Positions 7,810-15,683 of a stretch of 64,000 nucleotides of DNA are shown one piece after another (position 1 is the first letter of the stretch; each line of letters opens with the position of its first letter). The stretch is from the IMG/VR virus record IMGVR_UViG_3300023296_000874, positions 62,001 to 126,000 of that record, one strand, 5' to 3'. A program made the position numbers and the translations under genes. The notes beneath the pieces were generated by a model, which saw nothing but the letters and a program-made list of their open reading frames with translations, searched no databases and was not told the DNA's origin.

Positions 7810-8759
7810 TCATCATCCTCATACTTGCCGTCAATGGCCAGCCTGACACCGGACACGGCACCCTCGATAGGGCGGAATTTGTCCTTGTTCTTGAAGTTGG
7901 CGACACGCTGTCCATCTGCGATGTGCGTGACGCCGCGTTGCTGAAGAAGGCAGAACGCCTCCCAGCTTGACCACTCCCACAGGCCTCGGGGCCTGAACAG
8001 CGTGCCGTCTTCCTGCTCGGTGCCCAAAGCAATCCCAAGAGTGTGAGCCCAGCACGTGTCGGTGATCTTGTGCATGATCTGAAGGGCTACGGGCTCTCCC
8101 GCCACCTTGTAGAGCAGATGCATACAATCGTCGGTCCTGAAGTTGTCGAAGGCGTAGGTGTACTGCTTGAAGTTGAGGTTGAAGACGTTCCTCACCTTCC
8201 TTGCCTGACGTGCCCACTCCTTGATGACGTACCATGCCTCCGTGTGCGTGACGTCCTCTACAACCTGGATCACTTCCCGTTCGGGGTTGTCCCTCTTGAA
8301 CTTATTGAGGTCCCGGCGAAGCCTGACGTACTTCTTGCCCGGCATCTCGGTGATGCAGTCGATGGGAATCACGTCCTCGGGCCACACGTTGCGCTCCACG
8401 GAGCCAGCGATGGTGTCGAGGTACGGGAAGAGTGCCTGTCCGGTCTCCTCCGCGAGGTACATGAAGATCAGCTTGTCAGCCTCGTCGCGATAGCGGGCAA
8501 TCCACGCCTTGAGCAGCTCAAGCTGGTCAGGCAGTGGTCCCCAAGAGCGGTAGACGCGGTAGTAGGTCTTCCCCTTGCCACGTTTGATGTGAAACAGCAA
8601 TGCCGCCGTGTCACTCTCGTAGAGATGCGCCTTGAAGGAGCTGTTCGCTCCCAGTGCGTAGGGAGGGCAGTCGTAGTAGCTCAGACTGTCCTCAGGTACG
8701 AGCGAGGCTACACGCGCCGCTGACGCTGGGGTCATGTCTGTCGTCTGAATGTCAGTCAT
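7791..8759 (-). CDS. DUF2156-like double-GNAT protein, copy 1
   Basis: EMPGKKYVRLRRDLNKFKR, YYRVYR, TCWAHTLG, GVTHIADG, K.KFRP. Clear paralog of 6117-7073. Confidence 0.65.
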   Translation of the reverse strand: MTDIQTTDMTPASAARVASLVPEDSLSYYDCPPYALGANSSFKAHLYESDTAALLFHIKRGKGKTYYRVYRSWGPLPDQLELLKAWIARYRDEADKLIFMYLAEETGQALFPYLDTIAGSVERNVWPEDVIPIDCITEMPGKKYVRLRRDLNKFKRDNPEREVIQVVEDVTHTEAWYVIKEWARQARKVRNVFNLNFKQYTYAFDNFRTDDCMHLLYKVAGEPVALQIMHKITDTCWAHTLGIALGTEQEDGTLFRPRGLWEWSSWEAFCLLQQRGVTHIADGQRVANFKNKDKFRPIEGAVSGVRLAIDGKYEDDECLPFQ

Positions 8760-9603
8760 TCATCTTGTCCGGCTGCATGAAGGTTTGCCTCACTCCGATT
8801 ACCCAGAACAAGTCACCTGGCTCGATAAAGGGAATCGATTTCGCTTCATAGATCGGGTCAAGAGCGATACCACGCCAATACGGGTCCTTGTAGGGCTGAT
8901 GGTAGTCGAGAGGAGAGCGAACGAGCGTGACCATGTCCTTCCAATGGGTGTCACGGATGTTGACCATGACGTCGCTGTCAGCTTCTTCCCACATGGAGGA
9001 GTAGTCGTTGGTGATGGGAGCGTACTTTCCAAGCCTGTCGTTGGGGTCTGCGCCCACTACAACGCCGAGCACGGGTACGTCCCACCCAATGTCGAGCAGT
9101 CCGTGGAGAAGGCCGGACAGGCTCATAGCTGAACCCACAGGAATGACGATGCGCTTCGCTTCTCGTGGAAGGTTCGCTGCCTGCCCACGGGTCTGCTGCA
9201 CGGCTTCCCAGCAATCCATTCCGAAGGGGATGTCTGCCCACCCGAGCCTCTTGGCGTCTTCCCGAGCTCGAGAGATGATGACGCTGTTGTAGCCCGCGCG
9301 GTGTTGAACCACCTCAGCTCCAGCGGCCTTGGCAGCGAGTACCTCGGGCGACAATTCACCTTCGGGAGTGTGAACCCTACACGGAATGCCGAGCTTCTGG
9401 GCGATGTGGGCGACGATGTTCACCTGCGGGCTGGATCGGCTACCCGCCGTCACCAAACCCTTCGCTCCTTGAGCGAGGTGCCAACAGGTGCGAACTTTCC
9501 CACCCGGTACTCCTCCTACAATGAACTTGTCGTCGCGCTTGACCCACACATCCCCGTGTTTCTCAACAGGGGTGAGGGCCTTGGGGTCCGTTACATGATC
9601 CAC
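8752..9603 (-). CDS. Fold-type II PLP-dependent enzyme (ACC-deaminase/TrpB-like; phage hypermodification-type)
   Basis: LTPVE...VWVKRDD....GGKVR (PLP lysine), VIPVGSAMSLSG phosphate loop, LDPIYEAK, LFWVIG. Confidence 0.85.
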   Translation of the reverse strand: MDHVTDPKALTPVEKHGDVWVKRDDKFIVGGVPGGKVRTCWHLAQGAKGLVTAGSRSSPQVNIVAHIAQKLGIPCRVHTPEGELSPEVLAAKAAGAEVVQHRAGYNSVIISRAREDAKRLGWADIPFGMDCWEAVQQTRGQAANLPREAKRIVIPVGSAMSLSGLLHGLLDIGWDVPVLGVVVGADPNDRLGKYAPITNDYSSMWEEADSDVMVNIRDTHWKDMVTLVRSPLDYHQPYKDPYWRGIALDPIYEAKSIPFIEPGDLFWVIGVRQTFMQPDKMND

Positions 9604-9664
9604 GTACTGTCCTCCGAGTGGTGCTCAGAGTCCAGTAACGGTCGAAAACGGTCCAAGTAGGCAA

Positions 9665-9994
9665 TCAGACCCGCTTCGTCACCTTGACTACTGCTTGGTA
9701 GAGGTCCGGCAGGCTCTCTTTGCCGCCCTTGGACTCTACGTTGTCCCAGTGAATGAGTGCCACAACCTGCGCGGTGTGGTCTCCATCAGCCATCCGCCTG
9801 GCAAGCTGTCCACCATCTCGAGCAGCGCCCTTCCGATCCGCGTCGGGAGAGGTGTACTCGTACTTGCCGGAGTCGGTCAAGCCTCGTGGTCGTCGGTCAG
9901 CGGCCCGGAGGATGTCCTTCCAGTTCGGATGGGGGAGGTCAGCCAGCAGTTCAGCGTGCTTCAAGGTGTCAATTCGGATGACGTGGTCTTGCAT
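9665..9994 (-). CDS. hypothetical protein
   Basis: Translationally coupled to rmlA (TGATG overlap). Confidence 0.6.
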   Translation of the reverse strand: MQDHVIRIDTLKHAELLADLPHPNWKDILRAADRRPRGLTDSGKYEYTSPDADRKGAARDGGQLARRMADGDHTAQVVALIHWDNVESKGGKESLPDLYQAVVKVTKRV

Positions 9995-10719
9995 CAGATC
10001 TCCCTCAGGGTGTCACGGATGTACGCGCCAGCTCTGAACAGTGATTCAAACGTTCCAGCGTCCGTCCACCACCCGTCACATACCCTGAAGCTGAGCTCGC
10101 CGCTTCGGAGGTAGTAGAGATGGAGGTCGGTCACTTCGAGCTCGCCCCGTTCGGAGGGCTCAAGTCGGTCAATCACGTCCCACACACGCCGGTCAAAGCA
10201 GTAGAGGCCCGTGATTGCGAGTGGGGAGATGTACTCTTTCGGCTTCTCGATGATGTGGGTCACCTTGGGGCCGCGCACCACAGCTACGCCGAAGCGGTGA
10301 GGGTCGTCCACCTCTTTGAGGAGGATGCGCCCACCACTGTCGAAGGAGCGGATGAAGTCCTCGGTCACACCAGGCTCGAACACGTTGTCGCCCAAGATGA
10401 CACACACGTCATCCCCGTCAACGAAGTCCTTGGCGTAATGCAGAGCAGCGGGGATACCGCCAGCTCCATCCTGGTAGGTGTAGTGGATGTTCACCTCGGG
10501 GCCGAAGGTCTTCTTCCCGTTGCCCAAGAGCTGAAGGAAGTCACCTGCCCAGTTGCCCCCGGTCACGATCATGATCTCTGTCACCCCTGCGCCCACGAGT
10601 GTCGCGATTGGGTAGTGAATCATGGGCTTGTCGTAGATCGGAAGCAGGTGCTTGTTGGTGACGGCGGTCAGCGGTAGTAGTCGCGAGCCGTACCCGCCTG
10701 CCAAGATGACTCCTTTCAT
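9994..10719 (-). CDS. rmlA: Glucose-1-phosphate thymidylyltransferase (RmlA/SpsI short form)
   Basis: MKGVILAGGYGSRLLPLT..TNKHLLPIYDKPMI, LGDN, IIEKP, SERGELEVTD, WTDAGT. Confidence 0.9.
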   Translation of the reverse strand: MKGVILAGGYGSRLLPLTAVTNKHLLPIYDKPMIHYPIATLVGAGVTEIMIVTGGNWAGDFLQLLGNGKKTFGPEVNIHYTYQDGAGGIPAALHYAKDFVDGDDVCVILGDNVFEPGVTEDFIRSFDSGGRILLKEVDDPHRFGVAVVRGPKVTHIIEKPKEYISPLAITGLYCFDRRVWDVIDRLEPSERGELEVTDLHLYYLRSGELSFRVCDGWWTDAGTFESLFRAGAYIRDTLREI

Positions 10720-10745
10720 GTGTATCTCCTTCTGGAGAGCCAGAC

Positions 10746-10773
10746 CTACAAATGGATCATGATCCTTTTGTAG
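10746..10773. promoter_or_regulatory. Back-to-back pair of class B (putative late) promoter motifs
   Basis: Near-palindrome ctacaaatggaTCATGAtccttttgtag gives TCATGATCCATTTGTAG on minus (toward rmlA) and TCATGATCCTTTTGTAG on plus (toward 10810). Confidence 0.7.
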
Positions 10774-10809
10774 ACGCCGGATGCAAGACCAGTCGTCTCC
10801 GGAGGCATC

Positions 10810-11376
10810 ATGGACCGCATTGCATTTGCTCAGAAGATCAGCCTACTCGCCGACAAGGTGGCGCTGGGCAGCAAGGAGCCTCTCGAGCTCGTACCGGAGG
10901 GAGGCAAGACCCCTTCGAAGAAGGAGATCTCGAAGGCGTGGCCGAACCTCACCTACAAGGGCGACACCATCCACCCTATGAAGAGTGGAAACCTCTACGA
11001 GAAGTGGCAGGACAAGGCTGAGGACAAGCTCCGAGACGATGAGGGCATCGACAGCTTCCAAGAGGTGTATCTCGGGTACGACCCCAAGAAGGACCTCTTC
11101 GTCATGGGTTGGGACCTGTGGCCCGGTGAGGAAGAGTACGACGAGGATGACGAGTACGGAGAAGACGAGGATGGCTACGGACGCTACTCCTCAGAGGGAC
11201 CTCGGAAGGCTGCCGTCAAGAAGCAGGCGAACGACATGGGCTACGCACTCGCCACCATCAAGGATGGCAGGGTGAAGAGCGTTGAGGACTACTGGCCCGG
11301 AGGTGGCTTCTACCGCCACGGGCTCAAGATTGTTCACTCCCACTACAACGGAATCCTCGACCTCAGGCTCGACTGA
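10810..11376 (+). CDS. hypothetical protein with shared N-terminal leader (putative internal virion protein)
   Basis: GGAGG RBS; N-terminus AQKISLLADKVA; acidic central tract. Confidence 0.7.
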   Translation: MDRIAFAQKISLLADKVALGSKEPLELVPEGGKTPSKKEISKAWPNLTYKGDTIHPMKSGNLYEKWQDKAEDKLRDDEGIDSFQEVYLGYDPKKDLFVMGWDLWPGEEEYDEDDEYGEDEDGYGRYSSEGPRKAAVKKQANDMGYALATIKDGRVKSVEDYWPGGGFYRHGLKIVHSHYNGILDLRLD

Positions 11377-12275
11377 TGCACCCAACCCTGAACAGACTTG
11401 CACTCCTTGAGGTCCGGCTCCGCACGGCTGAGATCAGGGAGGCGGTCCGCCATGTGGTAGCCAAGAGCTTCTACCGTAGGCGGGAGGCATCTGTTCGACA
11501 CCTCACTCCGGAGGTGCTGACTGCCTTTGCAGAGGGATTCTGTGAGCAGCCACACAACGTCCGTGAGGCAGGCATTGGCGACATCGTCAAGAAGCTCTCC
11601 AAGCTGGTGAAGCTGTTCCGTCGCGCGCCCAAGCTGCTCGAGCGGATGAAAGAGTTCCTGGGAGATCTTGACCCTCGCACGATCCTGAAGTGGGCGAAGG
11701 ACGGTGTACGTGCTGCCGGGCGGAAGATTCAGAAGGCCGTCAAGTCATGGCCGCTGGCCATGTTCTTCTTCCCCAAGAGCAAGCTTCCGTCACTGAGCGA
11801 CATGATCGCCAACATCGTCAACGGCACCCGGATTGGAGACCTGCTCAAGAAGGTACAGAGCAAGGCGGTGTCGGTAGATGTATGGCTTGAAAAGCACCCT
11901 ATCATCAAGGGGATGTCGAAGCCGGTGCTTGCGGCAGCATTCATCTTCATCTGGATCAACGTCTCTGAGATCTCGTGGGACATGGAGAGCATCTTCCGTG
12001 GCTTCACGGGGCAGATGCCCTTCAGCGAGGTACTGACCTCACTGCCTGAGAGTGCAATCGGCCTGGTGTTTGCCAGCATGGGGATTGGATACGGCTTCAT
12101 GGGACCGGTTCTCATGGCGCGCATCATTTGGCTTGTGGCCTCGAACTACGTCGAGTACGTCCCCGGACGTGGCTTCAAGGTGTTCTGGGACGTCATGGGC
12201 AAGTACACACCGGAGAGCGGTACGTTCCTCGACCGGACGCCTGACGTACAGTTCTTCAAGTGGAGCCCCTCATGA
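11376..12275 (+). CDS. hypothetical protein with hydrophobic C-terminal helices (putative virion/membrane protein)
   Basis: Coupled to the upstream gene; N-terminus LNRLALLEVRLRTA; hydrophobic segments in the C-terminal third. Confidence 0.65.
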   Translation: MHPTLNRLALLEVRLRTAEIREAVRHVVAKSFYRRREASVRHLTPEVLTAFAEGFCEQPHNVREAGIGDIVKKLSKLVKLFRRAPKLLERMKEFLGDLDPRTILKWAKDGVRAAGRKIQKAVKSWPLAMFFFPKSKLPSLSDMIANIVNGTRIGDLLKKVQSKAVSVDVWLEKHPIIKGMSKPVLAAAFIFIWINVSEISWDMESIFRGFTGQMPFSEVLTSLPESAIGLVFASMGIGYGFMGPVLMARIIWLVASNYVEYVPGRGFKVFWDVMGKYTPESGTFLDRTPDVQFFKWSPS

Positions 12276-12685
12276 GCGACAAGACCGCCGCCCGCACCCT
12301 ACGTGAGTTCCTCCTGGCCGGGCAGACTGGACAGGACGATACTCGTGAGCTGCTCCCCTACTCAGGTGTGAACGGACCCAAGGTTCGGACCCTCCCAGAG
12401 GCCATCGCACACTCCAAGACCACGTCAGAGGACAGTGAGGAGTGGTTCAAGGCGAACACCCCGTACCACGGGCGTGATGTGATCGAGCACTTCGACGAGC
12501 TTGTGGGGCAGTTCACCGGGGCAGAGGTACGACCTCGTCCCGGTAGGGACGTTGACCTCATCTCAGGGAAGAGCGGACTCCAAACAAAGGGCTACAGCGA
12601 GGACCACTACACCGCTGTGCCTCAGACCTTCGAGGAGCTTTGCCTCGCGGCAATGGACCAAGAAGGCAAGACACCAAGGGAGTAG
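12272..12685 (+). CDS. hypothetical protein
   Basis: ATGA overlap with the upstream stop; begins MSDKTAART. Confidence 0.6.
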   Translation: MSDKTAARTLREFLLAGQTGQDDTRELLPYSGVNGPKVRTLPEAIAHSKTTSEDSEEWFKANTPYHGRDVIEHFDELVGQFTGAEVRPRPGRDVDLISGKSGLQTKGYSEDHYTAVPQTFEELCLAAMDQEGKTPRE

Positions 12686-12686
12686 C

Positions 12687-13499
12687 GTGAAGCTTTCAAC
12701 TGAAATCGCAGGACTCACCCGTCGCGCGAACGTCGAGAGTGTGACCAAGCACATCCAGACGTGGGGTGACAACGAACTTCGTCACCCGACCCGGTGGCAG
12801 AACGTCATCTACCTCTGCTATGAGCTCGCCAAGAGCACTCAGACCATCGCGGTTGGCGGACCTACATGGGACGGGCCGATGCGAGAGTGGGTCTACGTCA
12901 TGCCTGATGGCATTGGTGTAGAGATGAAGGGCCTTGTGTTCAATCTTGAGCCTGAGGCCTGGTACTACGAGGTTGGGATGGCACCCTGGCCCGACGCCCG
13001 GTCGCTTGAGTTCATCGGCCACAGAGACCACTGGACCCGTGTGTGGTACTGGGTGCTTGCGACGTTGGCTGTCCACGCCGCGAACGGAAAGCCCTATGCC
13101 GGTGTGGAGCGAGTAGTCAAAGGCCGACTCGCGGGCGTGACGTACTTGCAGGGCATGGTTGACCGCATCCTCCCCAAAGCTATTGAGGCGTACCGCAAGG
13201 TTCGCGGCTTTGACCCCAGCCTTGGTGAGTTGAGCGTGTCCTTTTCGGAGATCGTTCCGCCCGATGGGAAGATCGCCGTCTACCAACGGTTCGACTGCAA
13301 AGCCAAGCAGTGCGAGGGTGCCATCAGCATTCACCCGAAGGCTCTACGTGACGAGGGTGGTGAACAGTATCTCGAAACGGTACTCACCCATGAACTTGTC
13401 CACTATCTACTCAACTCGACCAACGCGGCTGACGCCCACGGAGGAGAATTCCAAGCAGTTTCAACACTGCTCGGAATCCCCCGTGAATTCCAGGACTAA
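12687..13499 (+). CDS. SprT-like zinc metalloprotease domain protein with shared leader
   Basis: C-terminal ISIHP...LETVLTHELVH....HGGEF (SprT HExxH...HG..F). GTG start at 12687 after GGGAG gives the leader STEIAGLTRRA. Confidence 0.7.
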   Translation: MKLSTEIAGLTRRANVESVTKHIQTWGDNELRHPTRWQNVIYLCYELAKSTQTIAVGGPTWDGPMREWVYVMPDGIGVEMKGLVFNLEPEAWYYEVGMAPWPDARSLEFIGHRDHWTRVWYWVLATLAVHAANGKPYAGVERVVKGRLAGVTYLQGMVDRILPKAIEAYRKVRGFDPSLGELSVSFSEIVPPDGKIAVYQRFDCKAKQCEGAISIHPKALRDEGGEQYLETVLTHELVHYLLNSTNAADAHGGEFQAVSTLLGIPREFQD

Positions 13500-13502
13500 C
13501 CA

Positions 13503-14024
13503 ATGACAACATCAGCGAACATCAAGAACCTCTCCGGCACCGTTAGTGCTCGCAAGCCACGCGCCCCGAAGCCTGGCGAGGTGTACCAGGACCCTGAGTC
13601 GAAAGAGTGGCTTCTGCTCCCCAAGAAGTACAACTCCAAGCCTGTGCGGATTGACGCACTGCTCCAGGTAGGCGGACTACCTCGACGTCAGGGCGACAAG
13701 GTGACACTCTGGTTCTTCAGGGACCCACCCGAGGGACACAGGTACTGGACCGACATGCACGATCCCGGCGTGGAGATTGACTACAGCAACTACCACATCG
13801 CTCTGGACTACGGACGGTACTTCTTCAGGAAGCAGGACGCTCTCAAGAACGCGAGCACCTGGGACACAGGCAAGGTGGTTGGCCTCATGTCGCTGGACCT
13901 TGACCGCCTGATGCAGAATGGACAGTTCAAGCGCAACGTCGCCCTCAAGACGAAGGGGCGCGGTGCCTCCGGAGGTACGGACGTCACCTCCGGACCGTAC
14001 CTCTACGTGAAGGGCAAGTTCTAA
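13503..14024 (+). CDS. hypothetical protein with shared leader
   Basis: Begins MTTSANIKNLSGTVSA, similar to MTTSAEISLLARSYIA of 53958-54194. Confidence 0.65.
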   Translation: MTTSANIKNLSGTVSARKPRAPKPGEVYQDPESKEWLLLPKKYNSKPVRIDALLQVGGLPRRQGDKVTLWFFRDPPEGHRYWTDMHDPGVEIDYSNYHIALDYGRYFFRKQDALKNASTWDTGKVVGLMSLDLDRLMQNGQFKRNVALKTKGRGASGGTDVTSGPYLYVKGKF

Positions 14025-14299
14025 GCCTGAAGGTTCGTGACGCCGATGAGCTCCCCGAGCAGCGTGCGGCTGAGAGGTTTGCCAGGCTTGTCCTCGTACA
14101 CCTCCCGAACCACGATGCGCTGTGGCGTGCTCTTGGGCACGGACCCCCAGCCCTTGGTGTTGGGAGTGACGTCTGCTGCTGCTTCGTCCCGCATCTTGCA
14201 GTAGACGGCTTGCAGGGTGAGGTCACTGGCATGTCGCATGGTGCCGAAGACGGGCGTCTTGGACGTCAGCCGGTACAGCACATAGATGTATCCGTTCAT
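14021..14299 (-). CDS. hypothetical protein
   Basis: ATG 14299 with GAGG RBS, overlapping the stop of 14296-14487. Confidence 0.55.
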   Translation of the reverse strand: MNGYIYVLYRLTSKTPVFGTMRHASDLTLQAVYCKMRDEAAADVTPNTKGWGSVPKSTPQRIVVREVYEDKPGKPLSRTLLGELIGVTNLQA

Positions 14300-14487
14300 C
14301 GCACAACCTCGAGCGTGTAAGCGGTGAGGCCGAAGCCGCAACCGACGTGATCCTCGGCCCAGGCAATCGCCTGCTCGATGCGGGTGAAGGTCTTGCGGCG
14401 CTTGGGGTCGTCGGTGCGCTGCACACATTGGTGCTCTTCACTGAAGCCCGCGATGTCTTTGCCGCTTTGGTCTTTGAGGTAGTGCAT
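14296..14487 (-). CDS. hypothetical protein (63 aa)
   Basis: ATG 14487 preceded by CGGAG, downstream of a class A promoter. Confidence 0.6.
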   Translation of the reverse strand: MHYLKDQSGKDIAGFSEEHQCVQRTDDPKRRKTFTRIEQAIAWAEDHVGCGFGLTAYTLEVVR

Positions 14488-14492
14488 GGTGT

Positions 14493-14533
14493 CTCCGTAC
14501 CCACTCAACGAGAGCAGGTACGGAGGACTCAGA
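14493..14533 (-). promoter_or_regulatory. Class A promoter TCTGAGT-N16-CGTT (14507-14533) with RBS-sequestering hairpin
   Basis: tctgagt-cctccgtacctgctct-cgtt; inverted repeat ctccgtacc/ggtacggag (14493-14525) pairs with the GGAG RBS. Confidence 0.7.
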
Positions 14534-14535
14534 GA

Positions 14536-14703
14536 CTATGACACGTCCTTCACGTAGCTACCCGGACAGGCGAGGTTCCCGTCCTTGTCTTGAATGGACG
14601 TGTTGGTACACCTCTTCCGGAGGGGGAGTCTGGTCCACCTCACTCTGAACCCGCAGGTGTCGCAGATGTACATCGACTTCAGCAGTGGCATTCGGAACCG
14701 CAT
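14536..14703 (-). CDS. 55-aa zinc-ribbon microprotein (below the ORF-track cutoff)
   Basis: Hand translation MRFRMPLLKSMYICDTCGFRVRWTRLPLRKRCTNTSIQDKDGNLACPGSYVKDVS; GAGGTG RBS. Confidence 0.6.
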   Translation of the reverse strand: MRFRMPLLKSMYICDTCGFRVRWTRLPLRKRCTNTSIQDKDGNLACPGSYVKDVS

Positions 14704-14707
14704 CGGA

Positions 14708-14887
14708 TCACCTCTTCTTGAGAGCGATGCCGTAGCAGATCATCCGGGTGCCACAGGGCTCAACGACCTGCCTCCCGTTTCTTCCTGCGTACTCGACGGG
14801 GTTGGGGCATGAGGGGCGCAGGATGAGCCCGCGCTTGATGAAGGTGTGCCCACATGAGGGGCAGCGGTATTCCTTGGGGACGATCAT
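14708..14887 (-). CDS. 59-aa zinc-ribbon microprotein
   Basis: YRCPSCG...CPN...PCG; same Cys layout as 14536-14703. Confidence 0.6.
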   Translation of the reverse strand: MIVPKEYRCPSCGHTFIKRGLILRPSCPNPVEYAGRNGRQVVEPCGTRMICYGIALKKR

Positions 14888-14889
14888 CG

Positions 14890-15235
14890 GAGTCTTTCCA
14901 GCCGCGAACGGGCTGTCCAGCCTACACATTCCGTGCGGCTGTAATCAAGGGTCTCTGACCGACGAAGGCACCCCGCTCACGTCCAACCCCATTCTTTGCA
15001 CGGAGGAGGGAAGGTGTGAGCGGGGTGCCCAGTCGAAAGATCGCCAGTCCACTCGCTCCCTTGCCTTGGGAGTCCGCTTCGCATACAGGGGGCTGGCATG
15101 GCTCCCATCTAACCGCCCATGGTGCTCAGGCCCCTCTCGAGGCGCTGATCCATAGAGTGCATAACACTTGCCGGGTTCGAACCGGCCACTCACAGGCGCT
15201 GGCAAAAGTCTTCGGGGCTTCTCAGCCCCTTACAT
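14890..15235 (-). ncRNA. candidate structured ncRNA or long structured leader (~350 nt)
   Basis: Own class A promoter at 15242-15268; GNRA-capped hairpins (ggggct-GAGA-agcccc, gcctc-GAGA-ggggc); canonical T-arm gccgg-TTCGAAC-ccggc (15170-15186); 14-bp perfect stem 14967-14980/15016-15029; no credible ORF. Confidence 0.5.
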
Positions 15236-15241
15236 CTCTAC

Positions 15242-15268
15242 AACGAGGCGAGAGCGGCAGCACTCAGA
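15242..15268 (-). promoter_or_regulatory. Class A promoter TCTGAGT-N16-CGTT
   Basis: tctgagt-gctgccgctctcgcct-cgtt. Confidence 0.7.
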
Positions 15269-15270
15269 GA

Positions 15271-15642
15271 CTATTCCGCCCTTTCTTTGGCATCCGCCTC
15301 GTGATCGTCGATTGCCCTCTTGAGCTCAACCAGTTCGTCGTTGGCGCGGTCAAGAGCAGCTTCCAGAGAGCGTCCCGCACGTTGAAGGTCCTCTGCCACC
15401 TCTTCAGCGGCGAGTACCTTCTCCGAGGCAGCGTCGAGCAGCTCCCTCAAACTCTCAATCGAGCCGAGGTGTGGGCGGTAAAACTTGAGCTGTCCCTGCA
15501 CGTACTCAATCGAGTTGCTGGGGTCAGTGTGGTTGATCCTGTTCGCAAGATCCCAAACCATTCGGACGGCCGCAGCCAGGTCGGACTTTGAGTACCTGCT
15601 CGCCTGTCGGGAGAGATGGCTGATGCGGTCTGAAACGTTCAT
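15271..15642 (-). CDS. coiled-coil protein with shared leader (putative internal virion protein)
   Basis: GGAGG RBS; begins MNVSDRISHLSRQA; class B motif 25 nt upstream. Confidence 0.7.
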   Translation of the reverse strand: MNVSDRISHLSRQASRYSKSDLAAAVRMVWDLANRINHTDPSNSIEYVQGQLKFYRPHLGSIESLRELLDAASEKVLAAEEVAEDLQRAGRSLEAALDRANDELVELKRAIDDHEADAKERAE

Positions 15643-15666
15643 GAGGCCTCCGTTGATGAGGCGGGT

Positions 15667-15683
15667 CTACAAACGGATTATGT
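15667..15683 (-). promoter_or_regulatory. Class B (putative late) promoter motif
   Basis: Minus strand ACATAATCCGTTTGTAG, overlapping the topA stop. Confidence 0.7.

Noticed and set aside
14945-15205. 86-aa minus-strand ORF in the structured region
   Set aside because: TTG start without RBS, atypical composition, and it overlaps extensive stems.
15170-15229. tmRNA or tRNA (GGGGCTGA start plus T-arm)
   Set aside because: GGGGCT pairs locally in a GAGA hairpin, no acceptor stem or CCA follows the T-arm, and no D-arm or anticodon arm is present; kept only as an unknown structured RNA.
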